The notes: a model not told the origin generated them from the letters alone. A stretch of 32,000 nucleotides of DNA from a cyanobacterium endosymbiont of Epithemia turgida isolate EtSB Lake Yunoko (GCF_000829235.1 NZ_AP012549.1:600001-632000); one strand, 5' to 3'; numbered from the stretch's first letter, positions 1-9,461 are shown. Numbers and translations are program-made.

Positions 1-55
1 ACTTGGACCCTTGGCTTTTGAGCAACGGGCAAGTTCTGGGTTTTGTCAGTTCCAT
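1..55 (-). CDS. possible 5' end of the translation initiation factor IF-2 gene, running off the window (very tentative)
   Basis: The support is positional only: rimP-nusA-ylxR is normally followed by infB. A minus-strand ATG at 55-53 opens a frame (MELTKPRTCPLLKSQGSK) that stays open to base 1. An upstream ATGATG at 69-64 reads MMAVRWN and then hits TGA. The visible residues are too few and too atypical to recognise IF-2 by sequence. Confidence 0.2.
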   Translation of the reverse strand, partial: MELTKPRTCPLLKSQGSK

Positions 56-145
56 CTGACTGCCATCATGACGATCTTATAAAATGACCTTACTCCTATG
101 CTAACGACCAAAGACATCAAGACGCATCCCTAAATAACCTAAATG

Positions 146-436
146 TTAAGAATTGGGAGGTTTAGCTGATACAGACTCGGTATCAGCTAGTATCTGCCAA
201 CGACTCCACAGAGTTTGATAAATGCTATCAGGGACATTAGTCCTAAGCATTTTGCCCAAAAGGTTCTTTTTACTGGCGTTGTACAAGCAATTTTCCTGAG
301 GACAGATATAGACAGATCTTCCCATCCCCTTATCTAATTGTACCTGTCGAGATGAATGAACTCGAACAATACGCCAAAATGTCTGTTTTGGTGCTATCTT
401 ACGACAACTAACACAACGTCGATAATTGGGCTGCAT
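146..436 (-). CDS. ylxR: YlxR/DUF448 family RNA-binding protein of the nusA-infB operon
   Basis: This is a 96-aa ORF with the family signature RRCVSCR...GRSVYICP. It lies 22 nt downstream of nusA on the same strand, which is the conserved operon position. Confidence 0.85.
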   Translation of the reverse strand: MQPNYRRCVSCRKIAPKQTFWRIVRVHSSRQVQLDKGMGRSVYICPQENCLYNASKKNLLGKMLRTNVPDSIYQTLWSRWQILADTESVSAKPPNS

Positions 437-458
437 AACTAAATGGAATGATTATTCA

Positions 459-1682
459 CTATTTAAATACAAGGTCAGTTTCGTCATTGTCTTTTTCATT
501 ACTCAAAAGCTCTGACTTGTTAGAGGGTTGCTGTTCTTTGTTAATTTCTAGCTGATAAGTAGATGTATCTTTGATGTCAATTTTCCACCCAGTTAAACGG
601 GCGGCTAAGCGGACATTTTGACCCTCTTTACCAATGGCTAAGCTCAATTGGTCTTCGGCGACCAAGACCAGAGCATGACGTTCATCAGGATTAATTAAAA
701 CCACTTGATCTACTCTGGCTGGACTAAGGGCGTTGGCAATATAGGTAGCAGGATCAGGAGACCAACGAATCACATCAATTTTTTCTCCTCGCAGTTCATT
801 AACTACTGCTTGAATTCGAGATCCTCTAGCTCCAATACAAGCTCCTACAGGATCTACATCTCGCTCTAGGGTATCTACCGCAATTTTAGTTCTTGGCCCG
901 ACATAGCGAGAAGGGGGATTAGCTTCACGGGAAACAGCCACTATCCGCACAATTTCTTCATCTATTTCAGGGACTTCTACAGTAAATAAATCGACAACTA
1001 AGCCAGCAGCTGAGCGCGAAACGATCAGTTGAGGTCCACGATGTGAGCCTTCTAAAACTTTTTTAAGGATAACTTTGAAACTAGAATTGGCGCGATAATT
1101 GTCATTAGGTAGTTGTTCTCGTTTGGGTAGGACTGCTTCAACTTCGGGTTGACTAAAAGCACTTTGAACAGCGACGATCGCATCTTGGCGTTCAAAGCGT
1201 AAGGATCTCGCATTCAAAACTGTTCCTTCAAGATCATTAAATTCTTCTTGAATAAGTTTACGCTGTTGATCTCGTAGTTTTTGTATAAGAACCTGTTTAG
1301 TTTGAATGGCCGCCATGCGCCCGAAATCCTTTTGATTTGGAGTTACATCTAAAACTACTTCGTCTCCCAATTGAGCTTCTAAAGCAACTTCTTGGACTTC
1401 TTTAAGAGAGATGTGATGGTCAATGTTATCGACTACTTCCACGATTCTTTTGGTAGAAAGGATGCGAAACCCTTCTTCTTCAATGTCTAGTTCTACTTCA
1501 AAGTTATTAAAGTATTCATCATGAAATTGCTGACGATCTAAGCTTTGGGAACGACGATAACGTTCATACCCTTTGAGTAACGCTTCTCGCAAGGCTTCTT
1601 GGACGGCAGATTTTGGTAAATTGTGCTGTTGGCTAATTTCATCAATCATTTTAGCCAGACCGGGTAAGCTGATAAGGGACAT
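459..1682 (-). CDS. nusA: transcription termination/antitermination factor NusA
   Basis: This is a 407-aa ORF with NusA N-terminal, S1-like and tandem KH regions (GPRTKIAVDTLERDVDPVGACIGARGSRIQAVVNELRGEKIDVIRW, LAIGKEGQNVRLAARLTGWKIDI). A strong Shine-Dalgarno sequence lies upstream, and rimP and ylxR flank it. Confidence 0.97.
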   Translation of the reverse strand: MSLISLPGLAKMIDEISQQHNLPKSAVQEALREALLKGYERYRRSQSLDRQQFHDEYFNNFEVELDIEEEGFRILSTKRIVEVVDNIDHHISLKEVQEVALEAQLGDEVVLDVTPNQKDFGRMAAIQTKQVLIQKLRDQQRKLIQEEFNDLEGTVLNARSLRFERQDAIVAVQSAFSQPEVEAVLPKREQLPNDNYRANSSFKVILKKVLEGSHRGPQLIVSRSAAGLVVDLFTVEVPEIDEEIVRIVAVSREANPPSRYVGPRTKIAVDTLERDVDPVGACIGARGSRIQAVVNELRGEKIDVIRWSPDPATYIANALSPARVDQVVLINPDERHALVLVAEDQLSLAIGKEGQNVRLAARLTGWKIDIKDTSTYQLEINKEQQPSNKSELLSNEKDNDETDLVFK

Positions 1683-1690
1683 TGTTATGG

Positions 1691-1698
1691 ACCTCCTT
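1691..1698 (-). promoter_or_regulatory. Shine-Dalgarno sequence of nusA
   Basis: The minus strand reads AAGGAGGT, 8 nt upstream of the nusA ATG (1682-1680). Confidence 0.6.
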
Positions 1699-1720
1699 GA
1701 CTTTAAAATATAGAGTTTGG

Positions 1721-2182
1721 TTAGGGATGGTCATCAAGTGTGATTGTGGTAATCAGGTCCCGAGGAATTATGATCGCCCGTCCTTTCTGGTTTAGATGAA
1801 CGCTCTCTGTATCTCGTTCTTGAAGTCTACCTCGCCATTCTTTTTGATTTAGGTACGGGGCATAGGTTGTGACAATGACGGCAAATCCTTTGAAAGACAT
1901 AAAATCACGATCACTATTTAGTTGTCGAGAAACTCCTGGGCTAGAAATTTCTAAAACATAGGAACCTGGAATGGCTTGGGATTCATCAAGACTAGTTTCT
2001 AAGGATCGACTTAACCCTTCACAATCATTTAAGCTTGTATCTCCTTGTGCGTGACGAATATTTATACGCAACACAGGGGGTCGTTTGTTAGTCTGAAAAA
2101 CAACATCAACGACTTCTAGTCCGAGATTTTCGGCAATAGGGGTAGCTATTTTAATAATTTGTGAGACTATAGGGTTATTCAT
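1721..2182 (-). CDS. rimP: ribosome maturation factor RimP
   Basis: This is a 153-aa ORF with RimP-like sequence (LEISSPGVSRQL). It lies immediately upstream of nusA on the same strand. Confidence 0.92.
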   Translation of the reverse strand: MNNPIVSQIIKIATPIAENLGLEVVDVVFQTNKRPPVLRINIRHAQGDTSLNDCEGLSRSLETSLDESQAIPGSYVLEISSPGVSRQLNSDRDFMSFKGFAVIVTTYAPYLNQKEWRGRLQERDTESVHLNQKGRAIIIPRDLITTITLDDHP

Positions 2183-2197
2183 TGCAGCTTAGGCACT

Positions 2198-2220
2198 AAA
2201 AAAAGCGGGTTCCAGCCCAC
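2198..2220 (-). terminator. candidate intrinsic terminator on the minus strand, with no intact gene upstream of it
   Basis: The minus strand reads GTGGG-CTGGAA-CCCGC followed by TTTTTTT. That is a 5-bp GC-rich stem including one G.U pair, a 6-nt loop and a 7-U tail. It ends about 15 nt before the rimP start codon. Confidence 0.4.
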
Positions 2221-3921
2221 TTCCTTTGAACGTTAATAATTTGGAAGGGTTGTAAAAGGTACCATGATTACTTGTCCTAACTTACTAGTCTAGCAAACTT
2301 TTAGTCCCTTTGTTTCTAGTCTGGAATTAGGTATACTTTGAAATATTTAAAAAGTCTATATTCAACTACTAGTAATCTTAGCTTCTTGGTATCAGTTGCT
2401 AGGTTGTTCTTAAACTGATTTAAAATATTCAGTAGAAAATTGTATAACATAATTAATTTATTTTTTTTAGTAAGTTATCAATAGATATTTTTAAAATGCT
2501 TTTTTAAAATTGCAATTTAATAATAATAGTTAGCGTTGATTTTTCTAATAATTTTTAAAAATTATTATTTTATTTAAAAATTTGAATTAATACTTATGTA
2601 AGTCCTTCCTATAATTTTTAATGAAATTGAGATATATTTATTATATTATTTGATATGTTATTTAACATATATCTCTAACTTTAGATAAATTATTAAATAA
2701 TTAATATCTTGATAGTTAATCATATATAATTAATAATTATAGTGTCAATATATACCTTATTCTTAAGGGTTTAAACATATTTATAATTATTCTTTATTGA
2801 ACAAAAATTAAATTAAATTTAATTAATAACGTTATTAACCACTATCTCGGTGATTTATAAGGTAATTACAGCAACAAATATTTTACTTTTTTGTTGCTTA
2901 ATCGCTTTTACGTTAATTAAATTAGATTTATTTAGGCAAATAATTAAGTAAATAATCTTAAAACAGCGCAATATAGAAATCAACAAGAGAATATCATGGC
3001 AACGTTACAACATGGCATAAAAACAATTTATCCCGATATAAAAACGGCTAATATACCAACTTTGTACCATAAGTTATATAAGAAAGATTAAGAGAAAAAG
3101 AAAAATCAATTAAACCAAAATTATTAATAGGTTCTCCATTTGTCCCCACTGGAGAAAAATAGTTAATTTATAATAATAGTCTAATTTATTTTTTAAAAAA
3201 AGAAATTTTTAATATATCTTATGGCTATATTTTAGGTTTTGGTAAAATTTTAACATATATTTAACTGAGATATTTTTATTGTTAAATATATATTTTTTTA
3301 TTTTACTTATTCCTATATATTCAAAGAATTTAAATAAATTTAATTTAATTAAATCCACATATTTTTAAGTTTTTTTACTACTCTTTAAAATATTTTACTT
3401 TTTTATTAGGTTTAATCTTTTTCTTTTAATTATAAAATTTTGTTAATTTTAAAAGTTAAGTTTTTATATATTTTTCTATATTTATGTCTCAATTACTCCA
3501 ATTTTTAAATATAATTTAATTTTATATTACAACCCCAAATCTCACCAAAAAACACAGGTTAAATCAAAATAAACAAATCCATAATTAACTAAAACTAAAG
3601 CTATTAGTTTTTTATAAAAGTATTGTAAAAAAATGTATTTTTTTCGAAAAATTGAGAATAAATTTATTAATCTAAAACTAAAAAAGTTAGAAATTATTAT
3701 AATTTATTGAGTCTTTTATTAATTAGGTGACTGAATTGATTTTGTCAGTTCCTGATTAAGTTATTAAATATGAGTCCTGATATCATATCTTTTAATTTCA
3801 AGTAATGCTCAAGAGAGCATTTTAATAAAAGTTGTGAAGATTTTGCCTAAATTAGAGAGTAAGTTGTTTTTAGTTATTTATAATAACATTGGTATTATAA
3901 ATATTATTTATTAATGTTTTT

Positions 3922-6900
3922 ATGATAGATAAAAATATTTCTGTTCAAAAACAATATAAGTATAAAATAGGTGGAAGTCTTTCTTTTAATCATCCAACCT
4001 ATGGAGAACGTGCAGCGGACAAGAACTTATTAAAAGCTTTAAGAGCAGGAAAATTTTGTTATATATTTAACTGTCGTCAGATGGGTAAATCTAGTCTTAG
4101 AGTTCGTATGATGCATCAACTTCAAGCAGAAGGAATGACTTGTGCTTCGGTAGATATCACTAGTTTGGGAAGTGATATTAGTCAGCAACAATGGTATAGT
4201 GGAATTATCACCCAATTATTTTTAGGATTTAATTTAACTGAAAAAGTTAATTTAAAAACTTGGCTGAGAGAAAAAAAAGATTTATCGGGAGTTCAAAAAT
4301 TTATTCTCTTCTTAGAAGAAGTTCTTTTAGTCTATTCTCAAGGAGAAAAGAAATATATTTTTATTGATGAGATTGATAAAGTTATTAGTCTTAATTTTTC
4401 CCTTGATGATTTCTTTAGTTTGATTCGATTTTGTTATAATCAACGAGCAGAAAAGCCAAAATTTAATAAGATTATTTTTGCATTATTTGGAGTAGCTACT
4501 CCCTCAGATTTAATTCGTGATAAAACTCAAACACCGTTTAATATTGGGCAACCTATTGAATTAACAGGATTTACCTTAGAAGAAGTTAACCCATTAGTTC
4601 CTGGATTAACTACTATTACAGATTCTCCCAAAAAAGTTTTAAAAATAGTTTTAGATTGGACAGGAGGACAACCTTTTTTGACGCAAAAACTTTGTCAATT
4701 ACTTCTGAATAATTTAGACATTATTTATACAGGAAGAGAAGATGAAATTGTTACTAATATCGTACAAAAATTTGTTATAAAAAATTGGGAGTCTCAAGAT
4801 GAGCCAGTTCACCTAAAGACGATTCGTGATCGTCTCCTTATCAATGAAAAAAGAACTGGAAAATTACTAGGATTATATCAAAAAATTTTAAAAAACAACT
4901 CAATTGAAGCTGATGATAGTCCAGAACAAACGGAACTGCGTTTATCTGGATTAGTGGTTAAATACAATAATAAACTTATTGTTTATAACGAAATTTACCG
5001 AGGAGTTTTTAACCAGAAATGGGTAAGCAAAGAACTCGAAAAAATTCGTCCTTATTCAGAAGCAATTACTGCTTGGATTAACTCAAATCATCAAGATAAT
5101 TCTCGTTTATTGCGTGGAAAAGCTCTTGAAGACGCCTTGAATTGGGCAATAGATAAAAACCTTAGTAATATTGATTATCAATTTTTAACAGCAAGTCATA
5201 ATTTAGATAAACAGGAAGCAGAAATTAACTTAGTAGCTGAAAAAAAAGCTAACGAAATTTTAACTCAAGCAAATCGAAAAGCTCAAAAAATGATCCGCTT
5301 TGGGATCGCTATTTTAGTATTCTCTTTAGTAGGAGCAATTATTTTCTTTACCCAGGCAAAATTAGCAATCAAAAAACAACAAGAAGCGCAAAAAGGAACT
5401 CAATTAGAACAAGCTGGGAATAGTGCATGGAGACGATTTAGATTTGAACAAATTGATGGGTTATTATCAGCTATAGAAGGGGTGCAGCAATTACAAACTA
5501 TCGTCAGAGATCAACGAATATTACAAGACTATCCCGCTACTAGTCCCATTTTAGCCCTAGAACAAATTCTTGATCGAATTCACGAAAAAAATAAATTAAC
5601 CAGTCATCAAGATGCCGTTAATAGTGTCAGTTTTAGCCCGAATGGACAATTAATAGCTACCTCATCGAGTGATGGAACCATCCGTTTCTGGGATTGGCAG
5701 GGCCGAGAGCAATTTGCCATCACCGATCATCAGGGAAATGTATATAGTGTAGCTTTTAGCCCTGATGGTCAAAGTATCGCCACCGCTTCCCAAGACGACA
5801 CCGCCAAAGTCTGGACTTTACAAGGGAAAAAATTAGCAACCCTGAAAGGCCATAAATCATCAGTCTATAGTGTTAGTTTCAGTCCAAATGGAAAACGCTT
5901 AGTAACAACTTCTAGGGATTATACAGCCAGAGTTTGGGATATCCAAGGACGACAACTGGCTATTTTAAAAGGTCATCAAAAATCTATTGATCATGGGATA
6001 TTTAACCCAGATGGACAACGTATCGCAACTGCGTCACGGGATGGAACCGTTAAAGTATGGGATAGTCAAGGAAATCTTCTAAAAACTCTGAAAGACGATG
6101 TAAACTCCTTTTATAGCGTCAGTTTTAGCCCAGATGGGCAACGATTAGCTGCCTCAGCCAAGGATGGAACTGTCAGAATTTGGGATAATCAAGGAAAATT
6201 AACTTTAACCTTGAAAGGACATCAGGAGTTAGTTAAAAATGTAACCTATAGCAAGGATGGCAAATGGATAGTGACAGGATCAAGTGATGGTACTGCCAGA
6301 GTATGGAATAGCGAAGGGGAAGAAGTAACGGTTTTTCATGGACATCAAAATCCCATTTATGATATCGCCATTAGTAATAATGGTCAAAGGCTAGCTACTG
6401 CATCAAGTGATGGGACAGTAAAGCTTTGGGACATGACTTCACCTATGACCAATGGATTTAAAACGATTGATAATTATGTCACGGCGGTTAGTTTTTCTTC
6501 TGACGGTCAATTATTAGTGATTGCTGCTGAAAATGGGAACGTTTATCTTTGGAATTTACACGGTAAACAGGTAAGACAATTTCAAGCTCATAATAGTGGT
6601 ATTAATGATGTAAAATTCAGTCAAGACAATCAAAGACTAGTGACGACTGATAACAATGGTCGTGTTAAATTATGGAACTTACAAGGAAAATTACTAAGTG
6701 AATTATTTGATAATTCAGTGAGGGTTTATAGTGTTACTTTGAGTCCCGACAGTCAATTATTAGCGACAGCGACTCGTTCAGGAGAAGTTTGGCTGTGGAA
6801 TATTGAAGGTACGTCTCCAAAGTTAATTAATAAATTTGCTGCTCACAATGAAACTATCCATCATATTAGTTTTGGTCCCAGTGCTAAAATATTAGCCACT

Positions 6901-7416
6901 GCATCTGAAGATGGAACGGCTAAATTATGGGACTTACAAGGAAATTTACAACAGTTATTTCTTGGTCATAAAGATAGGATTGATTGGCTAGATTTTAGTC
7001 CAGATAGTCAATATTTATTGACTGCTTCTAAAGACAAAACTGCTAGATTATGGAAGATCAATGGTAATCTTTTAGAAGTATTTAAAAGTGATCTTTTCCC
7101 TATTTCTCATGCTAGTCTTAGTCCTGATGCTGATTATTTGGCAACTGCTTCAAGCGATGGAACTATCAGGTTATGGGATTTTCAAGGAAATCTTCATACC
7201 AAAATAAAGGGCTATCAGCAGCCTATTGTAGGACTTAGATTTAGTCGAGATGGTCAACAGATTATAACAGTCGCTAGAAATGGCATCGTAAGAATATGGC
7301 CAGTACAAGAAGAATTCACTCGTTTAGAAAATCTGTTAACTCAAGGATGTCAATGGTTAGAAGACTATTTTGTTACTCGCCCCCAGGAAAAAGTTAAGCT
7401 GAAAGTCTGTAAATAA
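3922..7416 (+). CDS. AAA-like (PF14516-type, from memory) P-loop NTPase fused to a hydrophobic helix and 14 WD40 repeats
   Basis: This is a 1164-aa ORF. The N-terminus KYKIGGSLSFNHPTYGERAADKNLLKALRAGKFCYIFNCRQMGKSSL resembles the cyanobacterial AAA-like domain family. Walker A GKS is at nt 4084-4092, and the Walker B IFIDEID has its DE at nt 4366-4371. A hydrophobic stretch FGIAILVFSLVGAIIFFT lies at nt 5299-5352. It is followed by 14 units of about 41 aa with SFSPDGQ...ATAS.DGT.K.WD periodicity. Confidence 0.9.
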   Translation: MIDKNISVQKQYKYKIGGSLSFNHPTYGERAADKNLLKALRAGKFCYIFNCRQMGKSSLRVRMMHQLQAEGMTCASVDITSLGSDISQQQWYSGIITQLFLGFNLTEKVNLKTWLREKKDLSGVQKFILFLEEVLLVYSQGEKKYIFIDEIDKVISLNFSLDDFFSLIRFCYNQRAEKPKFNKIIFALFGVATPSDLIRDKTQTPFNIGQPIELTGFTLEEVNPLVPGLTTITDSPKKVLKIVLDWTGGQPFLTQKLCQLLLNNLDIIYTGREDEIVTNIVQKFVIKNWESQDEPVHLKTIRDRLLINEKRTGKLLGLYQKILKNNSIEADDSPEQTELRLSGLVVKYNNKLIVYNEIYRGVFNQKWVSKELEKIRPYSEAITAWINSNHQDNSRLLRGKALEDALNWAIDKNLSNIDYQFLTASHNLDKQEAEINLVAEKKANEILTQANRKAQKMIRFGIAILVFSLVGAIIFFTQAKLAIKKQQEAQKGTQLEQAGNSAWRRFRFEQIDGLLSAIEGVQQLQTIVRDQRILQDYPATSPILALEQILDRIHEKNKLTSHQDAVNSVSFSPNGQLIATSSSDGTIRFWDWQGREQFAITDHQGNVYSVAFSPDGQSIATASQDDTAKVWTLQGKKLATLKGHKSSVYSVSFSPNGKRLVTTSRDYTARVWDIQGRQLAILKGHQKSIDHGIFNPDGQRIATASRDGTVKVWDSQGNLLKTLKDDVNSFYSVSFSPDGQRLAASAKDGTVRIWDNQGKLTLTLKGHQELVKNVTYSKDGKWIVTGSSDGTARVWNSEGEEVTVFHGHQNPIYDIAISNNGQRLATASSDGTVKLWDMTSPMTNGFKTIDNYVTAVSFSSDGQLLVIAAENGNVYLWNLHGKQVRQFQAHNSGINDVKFSQDNQRLVTTDNNGRVKLWNLQGKLLSELFDNSVRVYSVTLSPDSQLLATATRSGEVWLWNIEGTSPKLINKFAAHNETIHHISFGPSAKILATASEDGTAKLWDLQGNLQQLFLGHKDRIDWLDFSPDSQYLLTASKDKTARLWKINGNLLEVFKSDLFPISHASLSPDADYLATASSDGTIRLWDFQGNLHTKIKGYQQPIVGLRFSRDGQQIITVARNGIVRIWPVQEEFTRLENLLTQGCQWLEDYFVTRPQEKVKLKVCK
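5605..7299 (+). repeat. 14 tandem WD40-coding units (period about 123 nt) inside the NTPase-WD40 CDS
   Basis: I counted the units by hand from HQDAVNSVSFSPNGQLIATSSSDGTIRFWD to GYQQPIVGLRFSRDGQQIITVARNGIVRIW. Fourteen blades would fit two 7-bladed propellers. Confidence 0.85.
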
Positions 7417-7855
7417 TTGACAGCAAACTTTTTAGAGGTTATATCAAAAGTTAAAAGTTTATGCAAATACAAACAATAAATTAAATTAATTTTGCATGAA
7501 TTTTCTTCGTCTCCTTTAATTTATAAAACCCATAAATACTTTGGTGGTGAACCTGCTCAAAAAATGATGAATATCTCTAAACTTGGAACCAATGCAAGGG
7601 TAAGGTTGAAATAAATTGATACACTTGTTTAGAATAAAGGGAGAAAATCGGTATCATATTCCAAATTGATTATATTTTTTTATGAAAGGTTAGAAAACAT
7701 TGTGTTAGAAGATGGTTTTTATACAACTGTCTATAAATTTGTTATTGAGAAGATCATTAAAATTATTGCTTATAAACAATAATTTTAGTTAAAAACTATA
7801 AATTTATTTAAACATAAGAGTTAATTAGTTTTAATCAATTAATATTTAAGTCAAA

Positions 7856-7901
7856 TTTAGTATATCGTTATTTGTTTATAAACAAATAACGATATACTAA
7901 A
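7856..7901. repeat. 46-bp perfect palindrome in AT-rich spacer
   Basis: The sequence tttagtatatcgttatttgttta / taaacaaataacgatatactaaa was checked base by base. It has 23+23 nt, no loop and no mismatch. Confidence 0.95.
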
Positions 7902-8169
7902 AAATAGGTTATTAATGTAATTAATACGCTTGCTTAGCAAATTTTAGATAAATATAAGCTAAATAGAAGTGTATCCAAAGCATATAAAACTCTAAAAATT
8001 TCTAATTGTTTACATAGAACTATTAGCCTTCCTGGATGCAGCTAAAGACAATTCTAAGAAAAATTAGAGATAAAATAGTTAAAAACTATAACATATTCCT
8101 ATTTTGTTTTGATGTATAAAATTATGGGATACTAAACCTTTTAAAGAGCCAATTTGAGGATTAATAACT

Positions 8170-9336
8170 ATGACGAGTATAATCCCCCCCCATGGCGGTA
8201 AATTGATTGATTGTATCTTAAACGGCGCTAATAAACAAATTACTTTTGAAAACGCCCATTTATTACCTCAATTAACACTTTCTAGGCGTAATCTCGCAGA
8301 TCTTGAGTGTATCGCGACTGGTGTTTATAGTCCTCTCAATGGCTTTGTCACTGAAGAAGAATATCAAACAATCATTAATGATATGCGCTTAAAGAATGGT
8401 CTGGTATGGCCTATTCCTGTTACTTTACAGGTTCCCAAAGCTAGTTCTGAAAAATATCGCCTAGATAGTAATATTGCTTTAGTTCATCCTAATGGTGATA
8501 TTTTGGCTGTCATGACCATTACCAGCAAATTTAAACCCGATCAAAACCACGAAGCTCGAAATATCTACCGTACCAGCGATGAAGATCATCCAGGGGTGAA
8601 GGCAATGCAAGCTGAGGGAGAAATTTACCTAGGTGGTCCTATCAACGTTATCAACCCTATCCCAAAAAGCAGTTTTCCTGAACACAGCTTTACTCCAAAA
8701 ATGACTCGAGAAGAATTTGCAAAGCGTGAATGGAAGACTGTGGTTGCTTTTCAAACCCGTAATCCCATCCACCGTGCCCACGAGTATATTACTAAAATTG
8801 CTCTCGAACTAGTTGATGGATTATTCATCAATCCCTTAGTTGGGATGACAAAATCCGATGATATCCCAGCTGATGTACGGATGCAGTGCTATCTAACTTT
8901 AATTGATAAATACTATCCACAAAACCGTACCTTTTTAGGCATTTTTCCCGCTGCTATGCGTTACGCAGGTCCACGGGAAGCTATTATGCACGCGATTGCT
9001 CGCCAGAATTATGGCTGTAGCCATTTCATTGTAGGACGAGATCATGCAGGAGTTGGAGACTATTATGGTACCTACGATGCTCAACACATTTTTGAAGAAT
9101 TTCAAGAGGATGAACTAAAGATTCAACCCATGAAATTCGAACATGCGTTTTATTGTACTCGTACTCAAACTATGGCAACTGTAAAAACTAGTCCTAGCAC
9201 TCCTGAAGAAGGAATAAATTTGTCTGGCACTAAAATCCGCAAAATGCTCAAAGAGGGTAAGACTCCTCCTCCTGAGTTTAGCCGTCCAGAAATTGCCCAA
9301 ATTTTAGTAGCATCAATGCAACGAAAATTAAGCTAG
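8170..9336 (+). CDS. sat: sulfate adenylyltransferase (ATP sulfurylase)
   Basis: This is a 388-aa ORF with ATP-sulfurylase motifs QTRNPIHRAHEYI and GRDHAGVGDYYG. A GAGGA Shine-Dalgarno-like sequence lies about 12 nt upstream. Confidence 0.95.
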   Translation: MTSIIPPHGGKLIDCILNGANKQITFENAHLLPQLTLSRRNLADLECIATGVYSPLNGFVTEEEYQTIINDMRLKNGLVWPIPVTLQVPKASSEKYRLDSNIALVHPNGDILAVMTITSKFKPDQNHEARNIYRTSDEDHPGVKAMQAEGEIYLGGPINVINPIPKSSFPEHSFTPKMTREEFAKREWKTVVAFQTRNPIHRAHEYITKIALELVDGLFINPLVGMTKSDDIPADVRMQCYLTLIDKYYPQNRTFLGIFPAAMRYAGPREAIMHAIARQNYGCSHFIVGRDHAGVGDYYGTYDAQHIFEEFQEDELKIQPMKFEHAFYCTRTQTMATVKTSPSTPEEGINLSGTKIRKMLKEGKTPPPEFSRPEIAQILVASMQRKLS

Positions 9337-9461
9337 TCTAATATCGTAAATCTCAACTTGTGGAGAATTTTAATAAAATTGGACCTTCTAAACTAAGCTT
9401 TATAAATTAGTGAACAATAATTTTTGAAACTTTTATTCTGACTGTATTATCCTAAATAATC

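Noticed and set aside
7786-8091. A 16-nt direct repeat tagttaaaaactataa occurs at 7786-7801 and 8076-8091, flanking the 46-bp palindrome. I considered a MITE-like element with a target-site duplication.
   Set aside because: The sequences just inside the two repeats are not inverted repeats of each other. No transposase-related sequence is present, and a 16-nt AT-only match is not very improbable in this composition.
9115-9300. A 61-aa minus-strand ORF inside sat. The same situation applies to minus-strand ORFs 19896..20159 (in gatB), 21227..21415, 21419..21727 and 23135..23341 (in metH), 26749..26931 (in ispG) and 27767..27952 (over rpsT).
   Set aside because: All lie antisense within well-supported conserved genes. 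They have S/R/L-rich, low-information translations and no recognisable family. They are typical shadow ORFs.
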